Shown piece by piece: positions 53,990 through 62,045 of a DNA stretch of 64,000 nt. The DNA comes from Clostridiales bacterium. GTDB lineage: Bacteria > Bacillota > Peptococcia > DRI-13 > UBA5745. The notes below the pieces were generated by a model. The model searched no databases, was not told the DNA's origin, and saw nothing but the letters and a program-made list of their open reading frames with translations. Both the position numbers and the translations under genes were made by a program. Positions within the stretch are counted from its first letter, which is position 1; the number at the start of each line of letters is the position of its first letter. The stretch is from contig WRIW01000005.1 of the NCBI GenBank assembly GCA_009782505.1, positions 7,044-71,043 on the forward strand, read 5' to 3'.

Positions 53990-55150
53990 TTATTGCGCCG
54001 CGAAGTAATCGTCTTCCAGGGGGACTGTCAGATCCAGCCTGCCCGATATGATATCGTCTTTCGCTTTGCGGGCTTCGGCGAGGATCTCGTCGGTAAGCAC
54101 GGCGGCATTGCGGGGATTCACGCCGTCGTCGGTGATATAGATAGCGCCTACCGCGCCGTCCGCCAGGCCGAGCTTCACCACGCCCGGGCGAATCCCGGTG
54201 GCGAAGAACTCGTCGATGACCATGCCAGCCACGACGCCTGTATACTTGACCTGGGTCGTGATGATATTGGGGTTGTCGGGGGAAGTACGGTCGGCGTCCT
54301 GCCCGGATGTATAGAAACCTTTCTCCAGAGCGGCTTCAAAGGTGCCGAAGTCCGCCACCGCGGAAGCGGCGTTGATGAAAACACAGCCCTGTGCCGCCTG
54401 CTGGAGTGCCAGCTCCTTGGCGGCGGGGGCGTCGGTATAGGATCTGGTATAGTTAAACAGGAAGGCGTCGTTGGTCACCTCGGGATTGACGCGCTTGACC
54501 CCTTCCATATAGCCATAGCGCCACTCGAAGCTGCCTGGGCCCGGGTTGGCGTGTACGGCGCCGTAGGGCCCTCCCGCCTTACCCGCGTCCCTGCTCACGC
54601 CGCCGGCTACGACGCCCACGAGGTAAGCGGCTTCCTGGGGCCGGAAGATGAAGGACTTGACGCGGGGATTGTCGCATACAGTGTCGATGCAGACATACTG
54701 GGCTTTGTCGGGGAAGCGGGACGCGACTTCATCTAAAGTATCCGCCCCCATCCAGCCTACCGCCACGATGAGGTCGTAGCCTTCCTCCACGGAAGCGCGG
54801 ATGTTTTCCGCCCAGGCGGCGTTGTCCGTGCATTCCATCACGCTATACTCCATCGGGTAGGCGCCGGACGCTTTGACCTCAGCGAACTTATCCACGACCT
54901 GGGTGAGGAAGGGGTTCACGCCTACGGGGTCGCAAACTACGGCTATACGCTTGACTGGGCCCGCCTCCGGCCGGGCGCCGGCAGGGGCGGTACCGGAAGA
55001 AAGGTTTGCGGGGGAAGCGGTTCCGGACAAGGCGCTCTCGGTGGTCGCGGCTCCGGCAGGCGGCGGGGGGGAAGCTTCTTGTCCGCTGCAGCCGGCGAAG
55101 AGGGCGGTAAGCATAAGCGTACATAATAGTAGGGGCATGATTTTTTTCAT
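53990..55150 (-). CDS. BMP-family (Med/PnrA-like) substrate-binding lipoprotein
   Basis: Start at ATG 55150. Lipobox LTALFAGC|SG. A low-complexity linker precedes the BMP domain (IAVVCDPVGVNPF...). Confidence 0.85.
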   Translation of the reverse strand: MKKIMPLLLCTLMLTALFAGCSGQEASPPPPAGAATTESALSGTASPANLSSGTAPAGARPEAGPVKRIAVVCDPVGVNPFLTQVVDKFAEVKASGAYPMEYSVMECTDNAAWAENIRASVEEGYDLIVAVGWMGADTLDEVASRFPDKAQYVCIDTVCDNPRVKSFIFRPQEAAYLVGVVAGGVSRDAGKAGGPYGAVHANPGPGSFEWRYGYMEGVKRVNPEVTNDAFLFNYTRSYTDAPAAKELALQQAAQGCVFINAASAVADFGTFEAALEKGFYTSGQDADRTSPDNPNIITTQVKYTGVVAGMVIDEFFATGIRPGVVKLGLADGAVGAIYITDDGVNPRNAAVLTDEILAEARKAKDDIISGRLDLTVPLEDDYFAAQ

Positions 55151-55286
55151 TTCTTCAACCTTCTTTCTTTGTAAGAATCTTTTATATTCTTGGAACAAAC
55201 CAAGTTCTATCTCAAATATACAACACAAACACAGAAAAGTAAAGAATAATTATTGAAATATTTTTGTTTTATTTGAAATATATGCG

Positions 55287-55316
55287 TTGACACGCCTGTT
55301 AAATCAGTGTTATATT
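55287..55316 (+). promoter_or_regulatory. promoter of the deoR/aldolase/PNP/mtnA-like operon
   Basis: TTGACA (55287-55292), 18 nt, extended -10 TGtTATATT (55308-55316), in an AT-rich divergent intergenic region. Confidence 0.55.
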
Positions 55317-55399
55317 AGAAACAAAGAAAAACACAGATGTATAGAAATGGAAATAAATATGCGGCTCAAAAAGTTGCCGCGTGTATTGGAGGGGATAAT

Positions 55400-56167
55400 A
55401 TGCTCGCTTTAGAACGGGGAGAGGCTATACTCAAGACCCTGGAGGAAAACGGAAGCGCCATGGTGAGCGACCTGAGCGTCCAGCTGGGCGTCACGGAGGA
55501 AACAATCCGGCGCGACCTGGAGAAGCTGGAGGGGCTGAAAAAGATACGCAGGGTACACGGGGGGGCGTATCTGGTGAAAGACATGGAGCAGACTGTACCG
55601 GTGGAGCTGCGCAGGCGCTTCTTTGTGGAAGAGAAGAAACGTATCGCCGCGCGCTGCGTAGGGATGATCGGGGAAAGGGAAAGTGTTATGCTGGACTGCT
55701 CGACGACGGCCCTGGTCATCGCCCAGAAGCTCAGGGAATCGAAAAAAAGCGTATCGGTGATCACGAATTCCTTCGACGTCATACAAACACTGGGGGGCTG
55801 CGATACGGCCACGGTCACCTGCATCGGCGGTATATACCGGGCGGAGACAGCGTCCTTCCGCGGGCACATGGCCCTTGCCAACCTGGAAACCCACTACGCC
55901 GACAAGGCATTTGTGAGCTGTACCAGCCTGCATGTGCGTTTCGGGCCCACGGACCACATCGAAAGCGAGGCCAGGATCCGCGCTACCATGCTCGAGCATG
56001 CGCAGATGCGGGTGCTGATCGCGGACTACACAAAGTTTAACACCGTATCGCCATATAAAATCGCGTCCCTGGACCAGATCGACTGCATCGTGACGGACAA
56101 CGGGCCCGACGAGGAATGGCTGGCGGCGCTTAGCGGCTCCGACCTGCAGGTGATCGTCGCGAAATGA
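55400..56167 (+). CDS. DeoR/GlpR-family transcriptional regulator
   Basis: Start at ATG 55400, after GGAGGGG. HTH EENGSAMVSDLSVQLGVTEETIRRDLEKLE plus a sugar-phosphate-binding C-terminal domain. Confidence 0.9.
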   Translation: MLALERGEAILKTLEENGSAMVSDLSVQLGVTEETIRRDLEKLEGLKKIRRVHGGAYLVKDMEQTVPVELRRRFFVEEKKRIAARCVGMIGERESVMLDCSTTALVIAQKLRESKKSVSVITNSFDVIQTLGGCDTATVTCIGGIYRAETASFRGHMALANLETHYADKAFVSCTSLHVRFGPTDHIESEARIRATMLEHAQMRVLIADYTKFNTVSPYKIASLDQIDCIVTDNGPDEEWLAALSGSDLQVIVAK

Positions 56168-56202
56168 CAACGCGGCTAATTGAACGATAAGGAGAGATCG
56201 AA

Positions 56203-56829
56203 ATGGATATTATCAATTATAAAGAGCAAGTGTTGGGATACGCCAGGAAGGCTATCCGCCTGGGGCTCATGGCAGGTACCAGCGGCAACTTATCCGCGCG
56301 TACGGAGGACGACCGGATCATCATCACGCCCAGCGGCATCAGCTATGAGACTATGTCCGTGAGGGACATCATGGTCATCGACCCGAAGGGGAATGTACTC
56401 GACGGGCCCCATAAGCCTTCCTCCGAGTGGCCCCTCCACGCGGAGATATATCGCGAGCTGCGGTCGGTGCGGGGCGTGGTGCATACCCATTCCCCTTACG
56501 CGACGGCTTTCGCCGTACTCAACGAGGCTGTCCCGGTCATACTGGTGGAGATGCTGTTTTTCCTGGGAGGGGACATACGCGTCGCCCCCGTGGCTGTACC
56601 GGGCACGGCGGATGTGGGGAGCGGGGCTCTGGCTGCAATCCGGGACAGGGGGGCTTGCCTGCTTCAGAACCATGGCGCGGTGAGCGTAGGCGGCACCCTG
56701 GCGGAAGCCTTTATCCGCATGGAGTACGCGGAGGACGCCGCCAAGGTCTACCACCTCGCGAAGTCGGCTGGTAAGCCAACGCTGGTGCCGGAAGATATCA
56801 TCGTGGAAATACTCAACGGCAAGGGTTGA
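56203..56829 (+). CDS. class II aldolase/adducin-family protein (FucA / MtnB / Ald2-like)
   Basis: 208 aa. GTSGNLSAR, then HAEIY, VVHTHSPYATAF and LLQNHG (metal-binding His residues). Confidence 0.85.
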   Translation: MDIINYKEQVLGYARKAIRLGLMAGTSGNLSARTEDDRIIITPSGISYETMSVRDIMVIDPKGNVLDGPHKPSSEWPLHAEIYRELRSVRGVVHTHSPYATAFAVLNEAVPVILVEMLFFLGGDIRVAPVAVPGTADVGSGALAAIRDRGACLLQNHGAVSVGGTLAEAFIRMEYAEDAAKVYHLAKSAGKPTLVPEDIIVEILNGKG

Positions 56830-56881
56830 TTGGGCTAGTGTCACGGAGTACTAGAGCAGACTACGGACAAGGAGGGATATC

Positions 56882-57709
56882 ATGAGACAGAATTTCGATC
56901 ATCAGTATTATCAGGCAAGCGCGGACTATATCCTTTCACAAATCGACTTCAAGCCTGAGGTCGGGCTCATCCTGGGCTCGACCCTGGGCGGGACTGCCGA
57001 TAGCATAGAGAATCCCGTGACGCTGGACTACCGGGATATACCAAACTTTCTCCAGTCTACGGTGAAGTCCCACGCGGGGAAGCTCATCCTGGGGCAGCTG
57101 GCCGGAAAAAACGTGGCGTGCCTGTCCGGGCGTTTCCACTACTATGAAGGATACGACTTCGAAGAGCTCGCGGCCCCGGTACGGGTACTCAAGCTGATGG
57201 GGGTAGAAACCCTCATTTTGACCAACGCGGCAGGGGCGGTGAACGAGGGGTACAAGCCCGGCGACGTCATGCTCATCAAGGACCATATCAAGCTGACGGG
57301 GGCAAGCCCTCTGCGTGGGGCAAACATAGAGGAGTTTGGCAAGCGGTTCTTCGACGTCAGCGATATGTATACGGAGGCGCTCCGGGATCTCGCCAAAGGC
57401 TGCGCGGGTTGCCTGGGCATGAGCCTGAGGGAGGGGGATTATTTCTTCTACACCGGGCCCAACTTCGAGACGCCGGCGGAGATACGCGCGGTGAGGATAC
57501 TGGGGGGCGACGCCGTGGGCATGTCTACCGTGACCGAAGCGCTGACGGCTGCCCACTGCGGCATGAAGACCCTGGCCTTATCCCTCATCACAAACATGGC
57601 GGCGGGGGTGCTGAAGCGGCCCGTCAGCCCGGAAGAGATAAACGCGACGGGGGCGGAGGCTGCCGAGCGGCTTGGCAAGCTCATCGCGGAGGTGATCGGG
57701 AGGCTTTAG
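56882..57709 (+). CDS. punA: purine nucleoside phosphorylase, trimeric PunA/PupG type
   Basis: GLILGSTLGG, HAGKLILGQL, GRFHYYEGY, TNAAGAVN and GPNFETPAEIR..LGGDAVGMSTV are collinear with B. subtilis PupG. Confidence 0.88.
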   Translation: MRQNFDHQYYQASADYILSQIDFKPEVGLILGSTLGGTADSIENPVTLDYRDIPNFLQSTVKSHAGKLILGQLAGKNVACLSGRFHYYEGYDFEELAAPVRVLKLMGVETLILTNAAGAVNEGYKPGDVMLIKDHIKLTGASPLRGANIEEFGKRFFDVSDMYTEALRDLAKGCAGCLGMSLREGDYFFYTGPNFETPAEIRAVRILGGDAVGMSTVTEALTAAHCGMKTLALSLITNMAAGVLKRPVSPEEINATGAEAAERLGKLIAEVIGRL

Positions 57710-57775
57710 CACAGGCAACGCCGCCTTGGATTTTTGGCGGCAGATGAAAGACGCGAGAGAAGGGGGATGTGTTTG

Positions 57776-58846
57776 ATGGATAGAGCGGACAAAGGGTTGG
57801 CGTTCCTGCTTCAATACGAGAATGTGGCATGGTATGAGCATGGCGCGGTGAAGATACTGGACCGCAGGATCTACCCCGGGACGGTGGAGTTTGTGACTTG
57901 CGAAAGCCATGGGGAAGTAGCCCGCGCTATCGCCGATATGGTGACCCAGAGCGGAGGGCCGTATACGGCGGCGGGCATGGGCATGGCGCTGGCTGCCTAC
58001 GAGGCGCGGGATATGGGCGGAGCGCAGTATAGGGAATATATGGAAAACGCGGCCTATACCCTTTCCCACGCCCGGCCGACTACCGTGCGGCGCATGGAGA
58101 GCATCACTTCGGGCTGCCTGGAGTGCGCCCTGGAAGCGCGGGAGGCGGGGAACCCCCCCGACGAAGCCGTGCGGAAGCATACGGTCTCGGTCTTGGACGC
58201 GCGCTACCGCAAAATCGGGCTGATGGCGGAGTATCTCGCGGATATGTTTCCGGCGAAAGGCACGGTGATGACCCAGTGCTTCGGCGAAGCCATCGTGGGC
58301 TTGATGCTCCGGGCGGCGGCAAGGAGGGGGCTGGATATCAAATTGATCTGCCCCGAGACGAGGCCTTACTTCCAGGGGGCGAGGCTTACCGCCAGCGTCG
58401 CGCGGGATATGGGCTTTGACGTGACGGTGATCACCGACAATATGCCTGCGTATACGATACAGCAGAAAAAGGTGGACGTGTTTACCTCCGCGGCGGACGC
58501 CATCTGTATGGACGGATATGTCGTCAATAAGGTCGGCACCTTCCAGATCGCCATCGTGGCGAAGTACTTCGGCGTGCCTTACTTCGTGACCGGGGCGCCG
58601 GACAGGGGCCATGCCGCCATCGGCACGGTAGCCATAGAGGAGCGGGATCCGGCCCTCTGCCTGGAAGCCATGGGCGTACCCACCGCCATGGCCGGGGTGA
58701 AGGGCTACTATCCGGCTTTTGACGCCACGCCGCCTCATCTGGTGAGCGGGGTCGTCACCGACCGGGGCGTCTTCTCGCCTTACGACCTGGAGCGCTACTA
58801 CAAAGAAGACGGCGAAGGGGAGTACGGCGCCGGGTTCCTGGTGTAG
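57776..58846 (+). CDS. mtnA: MtnA-like (eIF-2B alpha/beta/delta family) sugar-1-phosphate isomerase
   Basis: Start at ATG 57776; 57767 is also possible. ...VKILDRRIYPG..., TQCFGEAIVG, ETRPYFQGARLTA, ADAICMDGYVVNKVGT and PAFDATPP are typical of methylthioribose-1-P isomerase-like enzymes. Confidence 0.8.
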   Translation: MDRADKGLAFLLQYENVAWYEHGAVKILDRRIYPGTVEFVTCESHGEVARAIADMVTQSGGPYTAAGMGMALAAYEARDMGGAQYREYMENAAYTLSHARPTTVRRMESITSGCLECALEAREAGNPPDEAVRKHTVSVLDARYRKIGLMAEYLADMFPAKGTVMTQCFGEAIVGLMLRAAARRGLDIKLICPETRPYFQGARLTASVARDMGFDVTVITDNMPAYTIQQKKVDVFTSAADAICMDGYVVNKVGTFQIAIVAKYFGVPYFVTGAPDRGHAAIGTVAIEERDPALCLEAMGVPTAMAGVKGYYPAFDATPPHLVSGVVTDRGVFSPYDLERYYKEDGEGEYGAGFLV

Positions 58847-59012
58847 CCCGGATCGGACTCTGTCATGGACGCGTACAAATTATTAAATTTAATCGTTTAC
58901 CTATCCATAACGGCTAGGGCAGAAACACGGCTATTGTGATAAACTGGGCGCGGGCGTTCCTATAAACAATGAAGAACCGAACAAATCAGAGGTAGGAGAA
59001 TGAACTAAGGAT

Positions 59013-59426
59013 GTGATGGGTATTATCATGGAGTATGTCAATATCTTTTCCGGACTTGGGCTGGCCCTTTTTCTTTTCGGAGCATCCTTACTGGCCCACC
59101 GAATCGCTACGCATAATGGCTGCACTGCCCAAACCGAAGGAAAAATCAGCCTGATCAACCGTAAATTCATGGACCAGGAAGGCTCTTATAAGGGGCTCGC
59201 TTACACGGTAAACGGGGTTGAGTATAAAAAACCTTTTTCCGGCAGCGACACGATTGAGGCTGATCAAACCGTGACTGTATGCTACAATCCGTCCAAGCCA
59301 AAAACATTTTATGTGTTAGAAAACGAACCGGGCGCCCGAAACATAGCGATAGCGCTGGTCATCGGCGGAATCCTATTGCTGGGAATCGGCTACTTAATGG
59401 GAACAGGCGCTTTACAGATAATGTAA
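59013..59426 (+). CDS. DUF3592-like membrane protein
   Basis: N- and C-terminal TM helices flank a beta-rich segment (GKISLINRKF...YTVNGVEYKK...VTVCYNPSKP). Start at GTG 59013 or ATG 59016. Confidence 0.65.
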   Translation: MMGIIMEYVNIFSGLGLALFLFGASLLAHRIATHNGCTAQTEGKISLINRKFMDQEGSYKGLAYTVNGVEYKKPFSGSDTIEADQTVTVCYNPSKPKTFYVLENEPGARNIAIALVIGGILLLGIGYLMGTGALQIM

Positions 59427-59467
59427 TAGCGTAGGGCGCGTTAGCCATCACGGCTCAGGCAAAAAAA

Positions 59468-59505
59468 GGCATTAAAAAAAGACGGTAACGTCTTTTTTTA
59501 ATGCC
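59468..59505. terminator. long A/T-flanked hairpin (bidirectional terminator-like); duplicate of the tRNA-Leu terminator
   Basis: GGCATT AAAAAAA GACG GTAA CGTC TTTTTTT AATGCC. The core AAAAAAAGACGGTAACGTCTTTTT recurs at 61807-61830. Confidence 0.75.
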
Positions 59506-59579
59506 CGAGAAGACGAGCCGGGCAAACAAAAGCCGACCTATGGAAGGGTTTTGTCAGGCGAGAGTCCCGCCCAGTGAAA
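59502..59579. repeat. 78-bp direct repeat, copy 1 (starts with the tRNA-Leu 3'-end core TGCCCGAGAAG)
   Basis: Identical to 61698-61775 at all 78 positions. The first 11 nt equal the 3' end of tRNA-Leu (61833-61843). Confidence 0.95.
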
Positions 59580-59815
59580 AAACGCCTGCACCACCGTCTA
59601 CTCCACGGCTGCTGCCGAATATGAACGCTGGCAGCAGGAGCGTAGGCGAGATAAAAGCAACGTAAGATAAGTGCTTCTTTATTTTTCTATTGTTGAGGTC
59701 GATTTATAGACCATTACAACGCTTCTGGTTCATTTTTCTTACGCTATCCCTGTTTTTCACCGGATACAACACAGAGAATAAACGGTTGAACTTCTTTATT
59801 ATTTAATCAATATGG

Positions 59816-59844
59816 TTGCAATATAGACCACAATACTTTATAAT
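59816..59844 (+). promoter_or_regulatory. promoter of the abiE operon
   Basis: TTGCAA (59816-59821), 17 nt, TATAAT (59839-59844). The spacer contains TATAGACCA, which is repeated at 59705-59713. Confidence 0.6.
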
Positions 59845-59875
59845 CAAATAATCATAATTATCAGGAGTGGTCGAT

Positions 59876-60637
59876 ATGAAGCATTATGAGCGGCTTCTGG
59901 ATATGGGGTGCTTTACGCGCGATGAGCTATGCGCCCTCACAGGAAATTATAATACAGCAGGAACGGTGCTAAAGAACTATATAAAAAAAGGGTATGTTAT
60001 GCAGGTTAAGCGCAATCTTTATGTTGCCGTTAACCTTGCGGATCACCAGCCCGTTGTAAGTAAACAGCGCATCGCCGGGAGAATAACACCGACTTCCTAT
60101 GTGTCCCATCATGCGGCTTTTGAGTATTGCGGCTGCGCCAATCAAGTGTCATATCAAGTAGAGGTTTCGTCGGAAACGCCATTTGCTACATTCAGCTTTG
60201 ACGGCTATACCTTTATGTATATCGCGTCCCGTATAAAAGAAGGCGTAATCACTCGGCCTGACGGCGTTCGTGTGACCGACATGGAGCGCACGGTAATAGA
60301 CGGTATCCATGATTTTGAGAAAATAGCTGGGCTTGAGGAACTGCTGCGCTGTATTGAGTTGATACCGTCCGTGCGAGAGGATAAACTATTATCGTACCTC
60401 CAAGCGTATGGCAAGCAAATCCTGTATCAGAAAACCGGATATATATTACGGCATTTCCAACGTGCGTTAAACTTGAGCGACGCCTTTTTCGACGAGTGTG
60501 CTGGCCGCATTGGAAAAAGCACACGCTACCTGACCGGAAACGGCGAGAGTAGTTATAACAGCGAATGGCGGTTGATGGTTCCCGCTGACCTGATGAAGCT
60601 AACCAGTAAAGGGGTGAGTTATAATGCCAACTTATGA
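59876..60637 (+). CDS. AbiEi-family type IV toxin-antitoxin antitoxin / transcriptional regulator
   Basis: ATG 59876 follows AGGAG. The N-terminal wHTH is FTRDELCALTGNYNTAGTVLKNYIKKGYVMQVKRNLY. The C-terminal domain reads ISYVSHHAAFEY....TDMERTVIDG, as in COG5340/AbiEi proteins. Confidence 0.75.
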   Translation: MKHYERLLDMGCFTRDELCALTGNYNTAGTVLKNYIKKGYVMQVKRNLYVAVNLADHQPVVSKQRIAGRITPTSYVSHHAAFEYCGCANQVSYQVEVSSETPFATFSFDGYTFMYIASRIKEGVITRPDGVRVTDMERTVIDGIHDFEKIAGLEELLRCIELIPSVREDKLLSYLQAYGKQILYQKTGYILRHFQRALNLSDAFFDECAGRIGKSTRYLTGNGESSYNSEWRLMVPADLMKLTSKGVSYNANL

Positions 60638-61430
60638 TAAGCTGGCGCTGGGCAGAAAAGCGCGGGATTTGGGCTTTGCGGAAAATCTGGCGAAAGACGC
60701 CGCAGCAGCCAAACGCGAACGGATCAGCGAACTGATGGGGCGGTACGCAACAAATGAAGGCTATGCGCTCAAAGACAAATCCAAGCATACCCACGCGCTT
60801 GATTCTTTTGTTTACTCGTACACAAACGCAGCGGGGAACCCCGACAATATAAAGGTTGAAATCAACTATATCCTTCGCGGTCATGCGCTCCCTGTCGTTG
60901 AAGCCTCCGCGCTTACAGGCGGGACATTTCCTGACTTCCCGGTACGGACGCTATCGCCGGTCGAGATATTTGCCAGCAAAATAGTGGCGCTAACAAGCCG
61001 TGGTGCGGCGCGTGATTTATATGACCTGAACAACATGGTTTATTTCAGTCTGTTCGACGAGCCAGATTTGACCATACTCAGAAAATGCGCTGTTTTCTAT
61101 CTGGCGGTTGCCGGTGATATGGATACAGACGGCTTCAGTTTTGAGCCGATCGAAAGTATCACGTCGTATAAGATTAAGACGGAACTATTGCCGATGATAC
61201 GAAACAAGGAACGGTTTGACCTTCAGGCGGCGCGTGACCGTGTTTCCGCTTTCCTGCGCGAACATATGACGCTGACCGAAAAAGAAGCCGCGTTTTTGAA
61301 GCACTTTACCGCAGGCCAGTATGAGCCTCAGCTACTTTTTGAGGACGAAGACATTATCAATCGGATAGAGAATCACCCAATGGCGCTATGGCGGCTCCAG
61401 CATATACGGGAGGATCACGGCGAAAAATAA
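60624..61430 (+). CDS. AbiEii/DUF1814-family protein, apparently lacking the nucleotidyltransferase core
   Basis: The conserved family segments IKVEINYILRGHALP and EIFASKIVALTSRGAARDLYDL are present. No KGGTA...S.DIDL motif could be found. Overlaps abiEi by 14 nt. Confidence 0.65.
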   Translation: MPTYDKLALGRKARDLGFAENLAKDAAAAKRERISELMGRYATNEGYALKDKSKHTHALDSFVYSYTNAAGNPDNIKVEINYILRGHALPVVEASALTGGTFPDFPVRTLSPVEIFASKIVALTSRGAARDLYDLNNMVYFSLFDEPDLTILRKCAVFYLAVAGDMDTDGFSFEPIESITSYKIKTELLPMIRNKERFDLQAARDRVSAFLREHMTLTEKEAAFLKHFTAGQYEPQLLFEDEDIINRIENHPMALWRLQHIREDHGEK

Positions 61431-61433
61431 TAA

Positions 61434-61664
61434 TCGAAGGACAGCGAGTACATACGCTATCACGATTTGAGGCACTCTTGCGCCAGTCTGCTTCTGAAAA
61501 ACGGAGTCAATATGAAAGCTATTCAAGAGTGGCTTGGTCATGGAATCCGCCAATGTTGTAGCCAGCGTATTGCTAACACAAAAGAATTGTACAAAAGAAC
61601 AGAAAACTGGCAAAAACGGCGCCAGAACGGGTGTTGGCAAGGAAAATGGGGTTGCGCCCGCTAA
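61434..61664 (+). pseudogene. tyrosine recombinase/integrase remnant (C-terminal fragment only)
   Basis: The open frame from 61434 encodes ...YHDLRHSCASLLLKNGVNMKAIQEWLGH..., the Box II HxLRH...LGH region. About 250 N-terminal residues are missing. It ends about 35 nt before the att-core copy at 61698. Confidence 0.7.
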
Positions 61665-61697
61665 ATCAGCGTAACACAACCCCATGTCGATTTTTGG

Positions 61698-61775
61698 TGC
61701 CCGAGAAGACGAGCCGGGCAAACAAAAGCCGACCTATGGAAGGGTTTTGTCAGGCGAGAGTCCCGCCCAGTGAAA
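61698..61775. repeat. 78-bp direct repeat, copy 2
   Basis: Identical to 59502-59579. Confidence 0.95.
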
Positions 61776-61832
61776 GCAAGCCTCAGGCGCTGCTTGAACG
61801 CAGGGCAAAAAAAGACGGTAACGTCTTTTTAA

Positions 61833-61915
61833 TGCCCGAGAAGGGACTTGAACCCCCACATGGTTACCCATAGTAGATTTTGAGTCTACCGCGTCTGCCA
61901 TTCCGCCACTCGGGC
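61833..61915 (-). tRNA. tRNA-Leu (anticodon CAA)
   Basis: The reverse complement is GCCCGAGTGGCGGAATGGCAGACGCGGTAGACTCAAAATCTACTATGGGTAACCATGTGGGGGTTCAAGTCCCTTCTCGGGCA. It has a 7-bp acceptor stem, anticodon loop CUCAAAA, a long variable arm and a TTCAAGT T-loop. No CCA is encoded. A terminator hairpin lies at 61807-61830. Confidence 0.88.
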
Positions 61916-62045
61916 TTGTCCGTACGAACATGGATAATTGTAAGCAAAAAAGCAGGGGCTGTCAAGAGCGGCGTTAGCTAGTGCGTGGCGGCGTTAACTA
62001 GGCGTTAACTAGTGGCGTGCGCCAGCTCGTAGTCGGCGTTGTAGC

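Larger units (their letters stand above)
59502..61843. mobile_element. decayed tRNA-Leu-associated integrative islet (AbiE module + integrase remnant)
   Basis: Three copies of the tRNA 3'-end core are present, at 59502, 61698 and 61833. There are perfect 78-bp direct repeats, a duplicated terminator and a truncated tyrosine recombinase. The interior is AT-rich. Confidence 0.7.

Noticed and set aside
58905-59466. Imperfect direct repeats CCATAACGGCTAGGGCAGAAA (about 58907) and CCATCACGGCTCAGGCAAAAA (about 59446) flanking the DUF3592 gene, as a possible insertion signature.
   Set aside because: Only about 17 of 21 positions match. The second copy overlaps an A-run leading into the terminator. 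No mobility gene is enclosed. A chance match cannot be excluded by eye.
61631-61931. ORFs 61631..61873(+) and 61734..61931(-), and the 61467 ORF tail beyond about 61560.
   Set aside because: They run through the 78-bp att repeat, the terminator hairpin and the tRNA-Leu gene. They have no coding signature.
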